Positions 35,801 through 47,800 of a stretch of 64,000 nucleotides of DNA are shown in pieces. The notes under the pieces are model-generated. The model saw only the letters and a list, made by a program, of their open reading frames with translations. It had not been told where the DNA came from and did not search any database. The stretch covers positions 248,001-312,000 of the forward strand of contig NIVC01000891.1 of the NCBI GenBank assembly GCA_002269645.1. Direction: 5' to 3'. The position numbers and the translations under genes are program-made. Source of the stretch: Macrostomum lignano. Taxonomy: Eukaryota. Numbering within the stretch: position 1 is the stretch's first letter; each line of letters opens with the position of its first letter.

Positions 35801-38800
35801 ATTTGCTCACTAGTCTTTGGGTCCATCAATAAACCACTCCTCTTGTTTAATGATTCTTTCAGGTATTTTAGGGTGTCTTTTGTGCTCGTTTCTGATTGTG
35901 AAATAATTTGACTAGACTCTGTGATGGTAGTATTTTCAGCACTTAGTGATGATTGATGATAATCAATCGAAGTCCTCTCATCACGAGTCTCTGACTGCGA
36001 AAACTCTACTGAGCTGCTGTTAGCGTAGTGTTGAGAGTTCTCTCGTCGAGAGTTCCCAACACTAGTATTTTCGTATAATTGCACGGAAGCATCAGTTTGT
36101 GTCTGATTTTCATTTGAAACTTGTGATTCATTGATATCAGTGTCATTTTGCATATGCTTATCTTGAAAGTGAAGCTCTGATATGGCCTCACTCTCTGTAG
36201 CGATTCGATCATCGATTTCCCATGTGGCGTACCGCTCTTCTTCTAATTCTATGTCCAACGCATCAATTGTCTCTTCTGGTGGCGTCGGTTCCGTCTGCTC
36301 CGTTACTTCTTTGAAGAAAACACCAGTTTCGATTAATTCTGACCGGTGCGTACTAGCAAACGAAATAGTAGTCTCTTTCGTCTGCTCCTGATCTACGCTA
36401 CTAGCTTCTGTCGTCGTTGCTTCGGAAAGTAAGACTTCCTCAGAGGCAATTCGTTCAGCATTCAGCCGATCAGTAATATCCAAAGCACCTGAATTGCTTG
36501 CAGCACTTTCTATGTCCACTTCTTCCACCTTGAAGTCTGTATTCTCTTGGGCTTGCATAGTTACCTCAGAAACAGTTTTAGTGGTGACATCTAGAGAACT
36601 AACTGTAACGTCTTCAAAGCTCTCCTTGACACTTTGTTCCATCTTCTTTGCTTTAGAAGAGCTAATAATCTCGGTAGTGATTACAACTTCATCAGGCTTT
36701 GGCTTCATCTTGTCTTTAAGTTTCTTTGACTCGGAAGGAGACAGAAGTCTCTTTGCTAATGCCTCATCGATTGTCAGCTCTTCACCAGTTCTAGGATCAG
36801 TGACAGTGCCACTCGCTGGGTCAAGCGAATTCGCAACATCTTCGAACTTCGGCTTTACTTGACTTCGCAGTTTCTTCGCTTCTGCTAGAGTCAGTATTTT
36901 GTTTGCAATCGCATCGTCAATGGTCATCTCCTCCCCGGTCCTGGGGTCAGAGACCGTGCCATCTATCGGATCTAGCGAATTCGCCACGTCCTCGAACTTC
37001 GGTTTGACCTTCTCTTTAAGCTTTTTGGCTTCTGAAGGCGTCAAAAGTTTCTTGGCAAGCGCATCATCAATGGTCAATTCTTCACCAGTTCTGGGATCTG
37101 AAACGGTACCATCCATGGGATCTAAAGAATTTGCGACGTCCTCAAACTTGGGCTTAACCTTATTGCGCAGCTTTTTAGCTTCGCTAGGCGTTAGAACACT
37201 GTTAGCAAGCGCTTCATCGATAGTCAGTTCATCCCCAGTTCTGGGATCCGCGACAGTTCCGCTCACCGGGTCCAAAGAATTTGCAACGTCTTCAAATTTA
37301 GGCTTTACCTTCTTTCGCATTTTTTTGGCTTCGGCTGGGGTTATAAGCTTTTTCTTTAGTGCATCGTCAATTGAAAATTCTTCGCCAGTTCTAGGATCGG
37401 TCACCGTACCGTCCATGGGATCTAGAGTTTTTTCGATTTCTTCGAATTTTGGCTTTACTTTGTCCCTTAGTTTCTTTGCTTCGGACGGCGATAAAAGTTT
37501 TTTGGTCAGCGCATCATCAATGGACAATTCTTCCCCAGTTCTGGGATCCGTAATGGTACCCGAGTTGGGATCCAGAGAATCAGCCAAGTCAGAAAACTTC
37601 GGCTTCACCTTATCTTGAAGCTTTTTTGCTTCGCTTGGAGACAAGAGTTTTTTTGATAACGCCTCTTCAATCGGCACGTTCTTTCCCGTTGCTGGATCCG
37701 CAACGGTGCCTTTGCTGGGATCGAAAGATTTCCTGAGATCGCGGAAAGAAGGCTTCGCAGCCTTTGCTGCAGGCGGACTAGACAAGTTTCTGGTACTGGG
37801 GGTTTGCTGTACAGGAGCCTCAGTAGACGGCTCAGTAGGCTGTGCAGAAATCTCTGCGGACGGGACAGCTGACTGTCCGGGAGTCTTTTGAACCGGTGCG
37901 ACAGGCGCGCTTTCAGGCTTTGCTTCGACAGGAGCCTGAAAAAATTTAAATGAATTTCATATTAGCATTGAAACGGCCCACACATAGAATTGTCGCTATT
38001 TAAAATAACAATATTTTTTTATTGTTTTAACGCCCTATTTTTGACCATCACATACCAACCTAACGCACAGATTCAATAGTATATAAAGGACGATCCAAAA
38101 ATCAGACTTACCACTAGCTTTATCAACCAATCAGACTACCCCCAAATTCACCAGCCTAGCCCTAGATTCACAAGACAATCACAGAGTAGTCCTCGATTCA
38201 CTAGCCAACCACAGATTAGCCCTAGATTCACCAGCCAACCACAGACTAGCCCTAGATTTACCAGCCAATGACATACTAGCCCTAGATTTACCAGCCAATG
38301 ACATACTAGCCCTAGATTTACCAGCCAATCACAGAGTAGCCATAGATTCACCAGACAATCACAGACTAGCCCTAGATTCACAAGCCAATCACAAACTAGA
38401 CATAGATTCACCAGCCAAATCACAGACTAGACATAGATTCACCAGCCAACTCACAGACTAGCCCTAGATTTACCAGCCAATGACATACTAGCCCTAGATT
38501 CACCAGACAATCACAGACTAGCCCTAGATTCACCAGCCAATCACAGACTAGCCATAGATTCACCAGCCAATCACAGACTAGCCATAGATTCACCAGCCAA
38601 TCACAGACCACTCTGACAGTAAAAATGCCTAAAAATTTTGCTCACCTCTTGTCGCGGTTCGGCACTGGTCGCAGTTTTCTGCCGCTCCCGCTGAGCGACA
38701 TCCGGCGGCATGGGATTCGGGCTGGACAATCCGATCTCCTCCTCGATGGTACGCGCGTGACAGCTGTCGAATTGGTTACCAAGCGGCGGCGGCGACCGCC

Positions 38801-41800
38801 GGCTGTAGGGCGCCACCTGGACGAGGCCCTCCGAGATGGCGTCGGCCAGAGTGGACACGTTGCCGGTGGCCGAGTCCATGTAGGTCGCCCGCGTGGCGTC
38901 GATTAGCCCGAGGTCGAGGGCCTCGCTAGGTGGCAGCATGCGCCGCGATTTCGCGTCGTAAATGGATTGCACCTGCACAGGGGGCCGGGGTTGCAGCATT
39001 AGTTAGTTGAAATTGTTTTTAATGCATGCACACGTTCGAGACACGATATTAACTAAAATGATTAATCCACTTTATAAGTATTTTGCACAAATTTTATTGT
39101 CAATTCAAAGAGGCAAGATGAAAGAAAAATCTAGAGCCTTCATATAAACACGCATCTAACCTGTATAATTGGCGCCCAGACTGGTCTGTCTAATGGTCAA
39201 AACTAATATTACAATTTAACGGATAGATAAGCATTTTTTCGGCAGCAATTGCGCAAGCTGAAGCCGCGTAGTTTACGCAAATCTGTAAAGCAATTGCTGC
39301 CGTGAAAGAATCTGTCTATGTCGTTATTGTACCATTTTGAAGGAAATTGATTGTTGCCGGATGCTAGAGCTCGTAACTAACCGCAAGATACTCCGCAATC
39401 TGTGCTATCCCGAAGCTTCTGAAGAAGTGCCCGGGCCTCCGAAGTCCCGGGTGAGAGCACTGAAAATACGGCTGATCAAATACTTCAATCAAGGAAAGAT
39501 CAGCGCATGCGCACTCGAGCAACAAAGCATTCGACAGGTTCTACAGCTAGAAACATTGCAGCAACTCATTGCCACGGCCACCCAATGCAAACCTCCAATG
39601 GCGGCTCTCGCCGGTTTCTGAACCGCTCGATCAGCAGCAGGCCGTCGCGACCCACGGTAATCACCGTGGCGAACAGGCTGCGCCGGCGGATGGCATCGGC
39701 GAAGCTGACTCGACTCTGCGTTGTCGGGTCCTTCATCGTGCCAGACTCCAGGTCGATATCGCCGTTAATGAGCATCTGCGAGGTGATGTGCAGCTCCAGG
39801 CCGGTGCCGCGGTGCTCGTGCCAGATGCAGTCAATGATGCAGTTTCTCTCGCCGGGAATTGGCTCGCCGATTTCTGCAGCCTCGTCGGCTGGCGGAGCCA
39901 CCGCTGCTCGGGAGGGCGGCGGCGGCGGCTGCTGCTGCTGCTGCGGCGGCGGTGGCGGCGGTCTTCTTCGCCGGCCGGTTGCCGGCGGCAGACGCGGAAC
40001 CGCCGATTCACTGAGCATTTGAGACGCCATCGGTGAGACAGCGTCTTCCTCAACCGAGTCTCCTGTTTCGTCTGTTTCTTCTGCTGCTGCTGCTGCTTTG
40101 GCTACGATGGGCGTGGAATGCAGCTGGTTAGCCGGCTCTCTGCTCTCTACTAGCGGCTGCTCTGCACTCCGCTCCGCCCGAGCGGGGCTGGCGTTTTGTG
40201 TGCGCAGCGACAGACCCGAGTCAGCCGAGGTGAGGCCGCCCCCAAACTCGTACTCAGGCCCCATTGAGCTCGCGGTTGAGGCCGGGGCGCTGGGCCGCAC
40301 AATGGCCTCACTGTCGGCCTCCCCCTTCGCCGGGGCGACCCGCCCAGCCAATGGCTGCTTGGCCAGCACGACCGCCTCCTCTGCCAGTACGGAGCGGTGC
40401 TGCTGCACTTCGGGCGGGCGCCGGGTCAGCACGGCCGCGTCCTGACCGATGAGTCCGTCGGCGGCGGCCTGCCGCAGGCTGATCCGCCGGCCGGTGCGGT
40501 GGTTCACATAGACGCCCTGGTCCGGGTCCACAATGCCCAGCTTCACCGCCTCTTCGAATGTCACGGCCTCCTGCGTGACAGGGTTCAGCACCGAGGCCGG
40601 TCCGGCCAGCCGAGCCCGAGAGACCCGAGCCCGGTCCAGCGGCCGCATCACCACGCTGGAGGTGAGCAACACCGGGCAGGACAGCTGCATGAGCAGCATA
40701 GCCTTGTCAGCTGTCAGCAGGCTGCCGCTTGCCGCCTCCTGGATAGTGTACACCGCGCCGCTTTGCGAGTCCACAACCTGGCCCTGCCTGGCGTCGAACA
40801 CGCCAGCCTGAGCAGCCTCCAGGACCGTCAGCTCGGCGCCGTCCGACTGTCGGTGCCGCCGCAGCCCGGAGCCGGCGGTCAGCGCGGCAGCCGCCTGTTC
40901 GCTCACCAGGCCGCGCTGCACCGCGGTCGCCAGAGGGAGGCCGCAGAACCGGCCGGCGGCCAGGTCCACCTGGCCCCGCTGCACGGCAGTTGCTAGGGGC
41001 AACCGAACAGCCGTCGCACTGACCGCCACGGCATCGGGAAACGGCACGGCGACCTCCTCGCTGTGCAGCAGGACTCGCGACTCGGCCAGGGCGACGGTCA
41101 GCGGCTGCGGCTCCGGCTGGCACTGAAGGCGGCAGTCCGCAGTCAGAAGGCCTCGTTGAAGCGCTTCGCTCAGGCTGACGGATTTTCGCTCGATGCCGCC
41201 GCCCGTGGAGCTGGCGCAGTCCAGCACCAGCGCTTTCTGCTCGCCGTCGATGACGCCGTCGCTAAGCAACCGCGGCAGGTCAGCGCCATCGTTTTCGCCG
41301 TTTCCAGATTGCAGAAGTCCCTGCAGTGGTGGTGTGGCCATTTGTTTGACACATGTAGCAGCTAAGCACCATGCTTAAAATAGACCTAGATTTTGGGACT
41401 GCGTCCACTCTGGAGGAGGCCTGTGTGCACCCGGGAGGAGGGCTGTGTGCACTCTGGAGGAGGCCTGTGTGCACTCTGGAGGAGGGCTGTGTGCATTCTG
41501 GAGGAGGACTGTGTGCACCCGGGAGGAGGGCTGTGTGCATTCTGGAGGAGGCCTGTGTGCACTCTGGAGGAGGGCTGTGTGCACTCTGGAGGAGGGCTGT
41601 GTGCACTCTGAAGGAGGCCTGTGTGCACTCTGGAGGAGGGCTGTGTGCACTCTGGAGGAGGCCTGTGTGCACTCTGGAGGAGGCCTGTGTGCACCCGGGA
41701 GGAGGCCTGTGTGCACCTGGGAGGAGGAGAGCCTACCGAACTCAACGCCTCCCCGGGCGTCAACGGCGGCAGCAGCAGGCCGCGCCGCCTCGCCTCCGGG

Positions 41801-44800
41801 AAGTCCAGCCAGTCGCCGGTGTTGAAATCCCGCATTTTCCCGGTCGCCAAATCGACCACTCCGGCTGAGCAGGCCTCTGCAAGCGTCATTTTGCCTGCGT
41901 CTGACGATGCGACAACCTCCTTGACGCCGGTGTCCAGCAGGGAGCCGGCCCCGGCCGCGGCCTGGGCGAAGGTGAGCAGCCGGCCTGAGCAGGGGTCGAG
42001 GACGCCGCCAGGCCGGGCCAGCCCGCTGTCCAGCAAGCGGCTCAGGCCCAGCCGAACTGACGCCGAGTCGGCGCCGCCAAAATGGCCGCGAGTTCGAGCC
42101 CGCACCAGCCCTGAATCATCGGGATCGGCCGAGTCGACAGTCTGCAGTTGCTGCTGCTGCTCCGAGGCCTCCTTGACTGCGCTGGCAGCCGGATCGAGTC
42201 CTGCCGGCTGCAGGATGCCGGTCCGCAGGCTGGCGATGGCGGCCTCGGCGCCGGCCACGCAGGCCGCGTAGTCGGCGTTGACGCGGCCGAGCTCCTCCGC
42301 CAGCTGCTGCGCGTTGCCGCTGCTTCCGCCGCCGCCGCCGTCGACAGCTTCGTAGCGTTGCGCGGCCGAGGCCAAGGCGCCGCCGGCGGTATTCAGAGCG
42401 TCAATGTCCGGCCGGGCGGAGCGCAGGCTCTGGCGCAGGGCCAAGGCCCGTTCAAATGACCGGCAGAGCGGCTCCAGTGAGGAGTGGGCAGCGGGGCGGC
42501 CGGCGGACTGCAGGTTGCGCAGCTTCTGCCGGCAGCCGGCCAGCCAGACGGCGCAGTCCTGCACCAGCTGCTGGTAGGCGGCGAAATCACCGGAGCAGGC
42601 GCGCAGAGTGCGCAGGCGCGGCTCCAGCGATGATGACAGATGGCGCCGACATCTGGCGACTGTGGCGTCGGCTGCCGCAGAGGCTGTCGAGGCTGCTGCG
42701 GCAGCAGCGGAGGACTGCTGAGCTGCTCGCTGCTGCTTGCTGATGCAGTCTTGCAAGGCTTCGTGTAAGCTGGCTTGGGTTTTCTGCAAACAGAGCAATA
42801 ATTGGGTGACAGTCAGTCCCGGCTTGCTATTTGTACACACAGTCAGTCCCGGCTTGCTATTTGTACACACAGTCAGTCCCGGCTTGCTATTTGTACACAC
42901 AGTCAGTCCCGGCTTGCTATTTGTACACACAGTCAGTCCCGGCTTGCTATTTGTACACACAGTCAGTCCCGGCTTGCTATTTGTACACACAGTCAGTCCC
43001 GGCTTGCTATTTGTACACACAGTCAGTCCCGGCTTGCTATTTGTACACACAGTCAGTCCCGGCTTGCTATTTGTACACACAGTCAGTCCCGGCTTGCTAT
43101 TTGTACACACAGTCAGTCCCGGCTTGCTATTTGTACACACAGTCAGTCCCGGCTTGCTATTTGTACACACAGTCAGTCCCGGCTTGCTATTTGTACACAC
43201 AGTCAGTCCCGGCTTGCTATTTGTACACACAGTCAGTCCCGGCTTGCTATTTGTACACACAGTCAGTCCCGGCTTGCTATTTGTACACACAGTCAGTCCC
43301 GGCTTGCTATTTGTACACACAGTCAGTCCCGGCTTGCTATTTGTACACACAGTCAGTCCCGGCTTGCTATTTGTACACACAGTCCGTCCCGGCTAGCCAT
43401 CAACCGCTATAAGCTCACCGTGAGCGCCTCCAGGCTGCGGTCCATCTGCGCTTGGGTCAGCGGAAATCCGGCCACCTCGGCGAAAGCGAGGGCCTCGGCA
43501 GCCGTCAGGCGAATCTCCAGTTCGGCCACGGCGTCGCTGAGGCTGCCGCTGCGGGTGTCGGCGGAGTCTTCCGCTTGGCTGCCGGCCAGCGAGCTCTGGC
43601 AGGAGCGCCGGCAGAGCTCCAGCTCGGCGCGGAGCTTCTTTGACGCTTCATCGTCGTCGATGCTTTCCGTGGCCTCGTCCGTCAGCTGCTGTTCAACTTC
43701 GCGTTCAACGGCCGCCAGAGCCGCTCGCCGCTGCTCAGCCGACGTCGCAAGCGTCGACGAAGACCGGCTGCCGCTGCGCAAGCCGGCCAGGCGGCTCAGC
43801 AGGTGGCGCCGTCGTAGGGCGAGCCGGCGCCGGCGCCACAGGGCAGCGGCAGAGGCCGCCTCGGCTTGGAGGCTGCGCGCCGCGGACACGGCGGCCGGCC
43901 AGGGGGTGCGCAGGCAGACGGCCGGCAGCCAGCAGGTTGTTGTCGCCGTTGTGCTTGCAGTCGACGATGTCACGGCGGACGACGAAGGCGACACCAGACA
44001 CATTGGACCGTCGATGCGGTGCAGAGCGACTGTCAGATTGGTGGGCAGGCCGGACCACTGGCACAGCAGCTGGCCGCTCAGGCTGCCCGGGTTGCCATCG
44101 AAAACTGCTGGCGCAAGCAGGGCTTGATGAGGCGCGGAGGCTGCGAGCTGCAAGGGCGAGGATAAGGTGGGGGTGGCGGATGCGCGCACAGTGCTGAGAA
44201 TGTGTAAATGTAAATGGGAGCCTTTGCAGCCCACAGTGTTAGAGCTTCCGACTCAGTGTGTGAGCGCGTGCGTGCTCAGGGGCTTGTTGAAAGCGACTCA
44301 CCGAGTTGGCCTCGCCAGCCGCCCGGTCCAGCTGCTCCCGCAGGCCGTCCACCGCTCTGAGCCGGCTGGCTGTGGATTCGGCCGACTGGCCGGGCCGCTG
44401 GTCGAGAAATTCGGTGCCAAGTCGGCGGGTGATGTCGGCCAGGCTGGCCCGGACGCGCCACGCCCCGGCAGAGTGGGCGGCAGCGGCCGCAGCGGCTTCG
44501 GTCTGGTGCTGCAGGCAGCCGGCCAGGCTGAGGTGGGCGGCCCAGCGCTCCTCCAGGCGGCGCAGGCAGGCCTCGGCCGGGTGCGCGGCGGCTGACGAGC
44601 CGGAAGTGGAGCGGCCACCGGCAGCTGCGTAGCGGCGAATCAGGCGGGCGCCGGAGGTCACCGCGGCCGCGAATTTCGCCTCGCGATCTTCGAGCTCGGA
44701 TACGGTGGACTGCGGGCGGGATTTGGCTAGGATTAGCGAATACTGAGATTAGTGCGCATAGGTTGGATTGATAAGAACACAGGTAAATTGCATACCTGAA

Positions 44801-47800
44801 GTCGCTGAAGACAGCCCTGTGGGGGAAAGGAAAAGGCGGCAGTTGTAGTTTAAATTTTGTTAGCAAATCGCTGCGAGTTTCAGAAAGCTTAAAAAATAAT
44901 TTAAACAATGACACCGGATGTCCTGTATGCCATGTATGGCTTGTAATATATGATATAGGATTCGCAGTGGGATGCGAGAGGAAAGTGAGAGATCCCAACC
45001 AGCTGGACAGGGGGTGGGTGGGAGAGGGAAGTGAGAGATCCCAACCAGCCGGACAGGGGGTGGGTGGGAGAGGGAAGTGAGAGATCCCAACCAGCCGGAC
45101 AGGGGGTGGGTGGGAGAGGGAAGTGAGAGATCCCAACCAGCTGGACAGGGGGTGGGTGGGAGAGGGAAGTGAGAGATCCCAACCAGCTGGACAGGGGGTG
45201 GGTGGGAGAGGGAAGTGAGAGATCCCAACCAGCCGGACAGGGGGTGGGTGGGAGAGGGAAGTGAGAGATCCCAACCAGCCGGACAGGGGGTGGGTGGGAG
45301 AGGGAAGTGAGAGATCCCAACCAGCCGGACAGGGGGATGGGCACGCGGTCGCTCACCTTCAAATAGGCCTCAACGTCTGCGACCTCGGCCAGCCGCGGCT
45401 GCCTCCGCTGCAGCCGCAGCACGCGGGCCTCGCGCTCGTCCAGCCAGGCCAGAAGAGACGCCGCGGACTCGGCGAAGGCCAGCCAGGCCTCCAGATGGCG
45501 AAGTCGACGCTGCGCGGCGCCGGTCAGATCGGTGCAGGCCGCCTCCAGCTCCGTCAGCAAGGCGGCGTAGGTCGCTCGGTCCGACTCCGGCAGGCCGTCG
45601 CCGATAGCGCCGCAGGCCGCCGCTTCGGCCACCGTGTCGTTGGCCGTCTGGCAGAACTCCCGCTGCCAGTCGACTTGACGCCGAAGCTCGTCAAGGCCAG
45701 CGACGTCTTCTTGAGCGGCAGCGGCGGCGGCAGCGGCGGCCATGGTGGCGGCCTCTGCCCGATCCAGCTGTTCACGCCGCTCCCTTACGCGGCCCATGCA
45801 GCGGCGGATCGGCGAGAAGGCGGGCGAGTCCGAGAAGGCCCGGCTGACGCTCGTCACGTCTCTGTAGTGCTGCCGCTCCAGCCGGCGGTGCTGCTGGCCG
45901 CGGTGCTGCTGCTGAAGCAGGCGAATCCGCGGCGCCAGGCTGTCAACGAGACGGTGCAGCTCCAGGTAAGCCAGGTGGGCGGTGCACAGCGAGTGGTACA
46001 GCTGCTCAGCGCGGCCGTAGCGCTCATCTCGCAGGCGCTGGATCCGCTCGAACAGGCGATTGACGGCTTCGCCGGCTTCGGAGACTCCGCTGGCCAAGCG
46101 GTCCATGGCGGACTCGGCGTCCATGGCGTCCAGGCTGCTGCTGGCCGAGGCGGCCGCGGAGGACAAACTGGCGCGGAGGTGGCGCTCCGAGTCGCCGAGG
46201 TCGGTCAGGCGGGCCTCCAAGGCGCCGATGTCGGTCCTGGCGGCCTCGGCCAGCCTGTGCAGGCGCTCCAGCCGCTGCCTGTGCAGCTGAGCGGAGCGGC
46301 AGCGATCGCGGGCGAGGGCCAAGCAGCGCTCGGCCTGGCGGCCCAGCTGGTCCGGGTGCGCACCGGCCTCCAGCTGCTGCTGGCGCCGCCGCTGATGCTG
46401 AGGGACAGCGGCTGAGGCCGCCTGAGACAGGCGGTCGTAGCGCTGGCGGAGATCCTGCAGCTGCACGCTGGTGCGCTCCGAGATCTTCGGGATGGAGGAG
46501 GGTAGGGTTGGTGCCCTCAGGGTAGGCTCAGTCACTCTAGTCAGTCAGTCATTAACTCGCTCAGTCACTCAGCCCCTAACTCAGTCTGTCACTCAGCCAC
46601 TAACTCAGCCAGTCACTCAGCCACTAACTCAGCCAGTCGCTCAGCCACTAACTCAGCCAGTCGCTCAGCCACTAACTCAGCCAGTCGCTCAGCCACTAAC
46701 TCAGCCAGTCGCTCAGCCACTAACTCAGTCTGTCACTCAGCCACTAACTCAGCCAGTCGCTCAGCCACTAACTCAGCCAGTCGCTCAGCCACTAACTCAG
46801 TCTGTCACTCAGCCACTAACTCAGCCAGTCGCTCAGCCACTAACTCAGCCAGTCACTCAGCCACTAACTCAGTCTGTCACTCAGCCACTAACTCAGTCTG
46901 TCACTCAGCCACTAACTCAGTCTGTTACTCAGCCACTAACTCAGCCTGTCACTCAGCCACTAACTCAGTCTGTTACTCAGCCACTAACTCAGCCTGTCAC
47001 TCAGCCACTAACTCAGCCAGTCGCTCAGCCACTCCCTCACCTCAGTGAGCAGGGCTTGAGCCGCTTCCGCATTGGCCCGCGCCTGAGTCAGGCCAGTTGG
47101 CGGGTCACCGGCCGCGGCGGCCTCCTTGGCCGCCCGCTGCAGCCAGGCGGACAGCTCGGAGGCGGCTTCCCGATACGCCAGCTCCTCCCGCTTGTTCGCC
47201 TCTTCCTCGGCGTCGCCGTCGCGCTCGTCACTGACCTGGCCGCGGCCAATCGGCCTGTCGGCCAAGGCGTCGTAGAGCGCGCTGAGGTAGGTGATGAGCG
47301 ACAGGTCGTCGGCGTGCGGCGTGTCCACGTCTTCGGGCTCGAGGAGGCGGGCGACGCCCAGGTGGCGCTCGCTGATGTCGAAGGCCAGGCGCAGCCGCTC
47401 CGCGTTGGACAGCCGGCTGGTCCGCTCCGGATCGATGAGGTCCGGCCTGGGGGCGGGTGCGACAGCTGACTGGCTTTGACCGCGACTTTGGGGATGCAGT
47501 TGAGGCTGTGCCTGCCCATACCTTGTATGAGCTGTGTTTCCTCGGGTTCTCCACTCTCCACCTCCTTTCTCTAGGCCTCCTCTCACCCTACCTCTCCTCT
47601 CACCCTACCTCTCCTCTCACCCTACCTCTGCTCTCACCCTACCTCTCCTCTCACCCTACCTCTCCTCTCACCCTACCTCTCCTCTCACCCTACCTCTGCT
47701 CTCACCCTACCTCTGCTCTCACCCTACCTCTCCTCTCACTCTACCTCTCCTCTCACCCTACCTCTCCTCTCACCCTACCTCTGCTCTCACCCTACCTCTC

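Noticed and set aside
32653-35911. 804-aa and 285-aa + strand ORFs
   Set aside because: Exact antisense of the 300-bp array; a stop-free unit repeated gives a long ORF automatically.
41371-47469. ORFs running through intronic minisatellites (VCTNSKPGLT, TQPLTQPV, LGSLTSLSHPPP, CTLEEACVHSGG)
   Set aside because: Canonical splice sites flank the arrays, and the repeat translations have no domain character.
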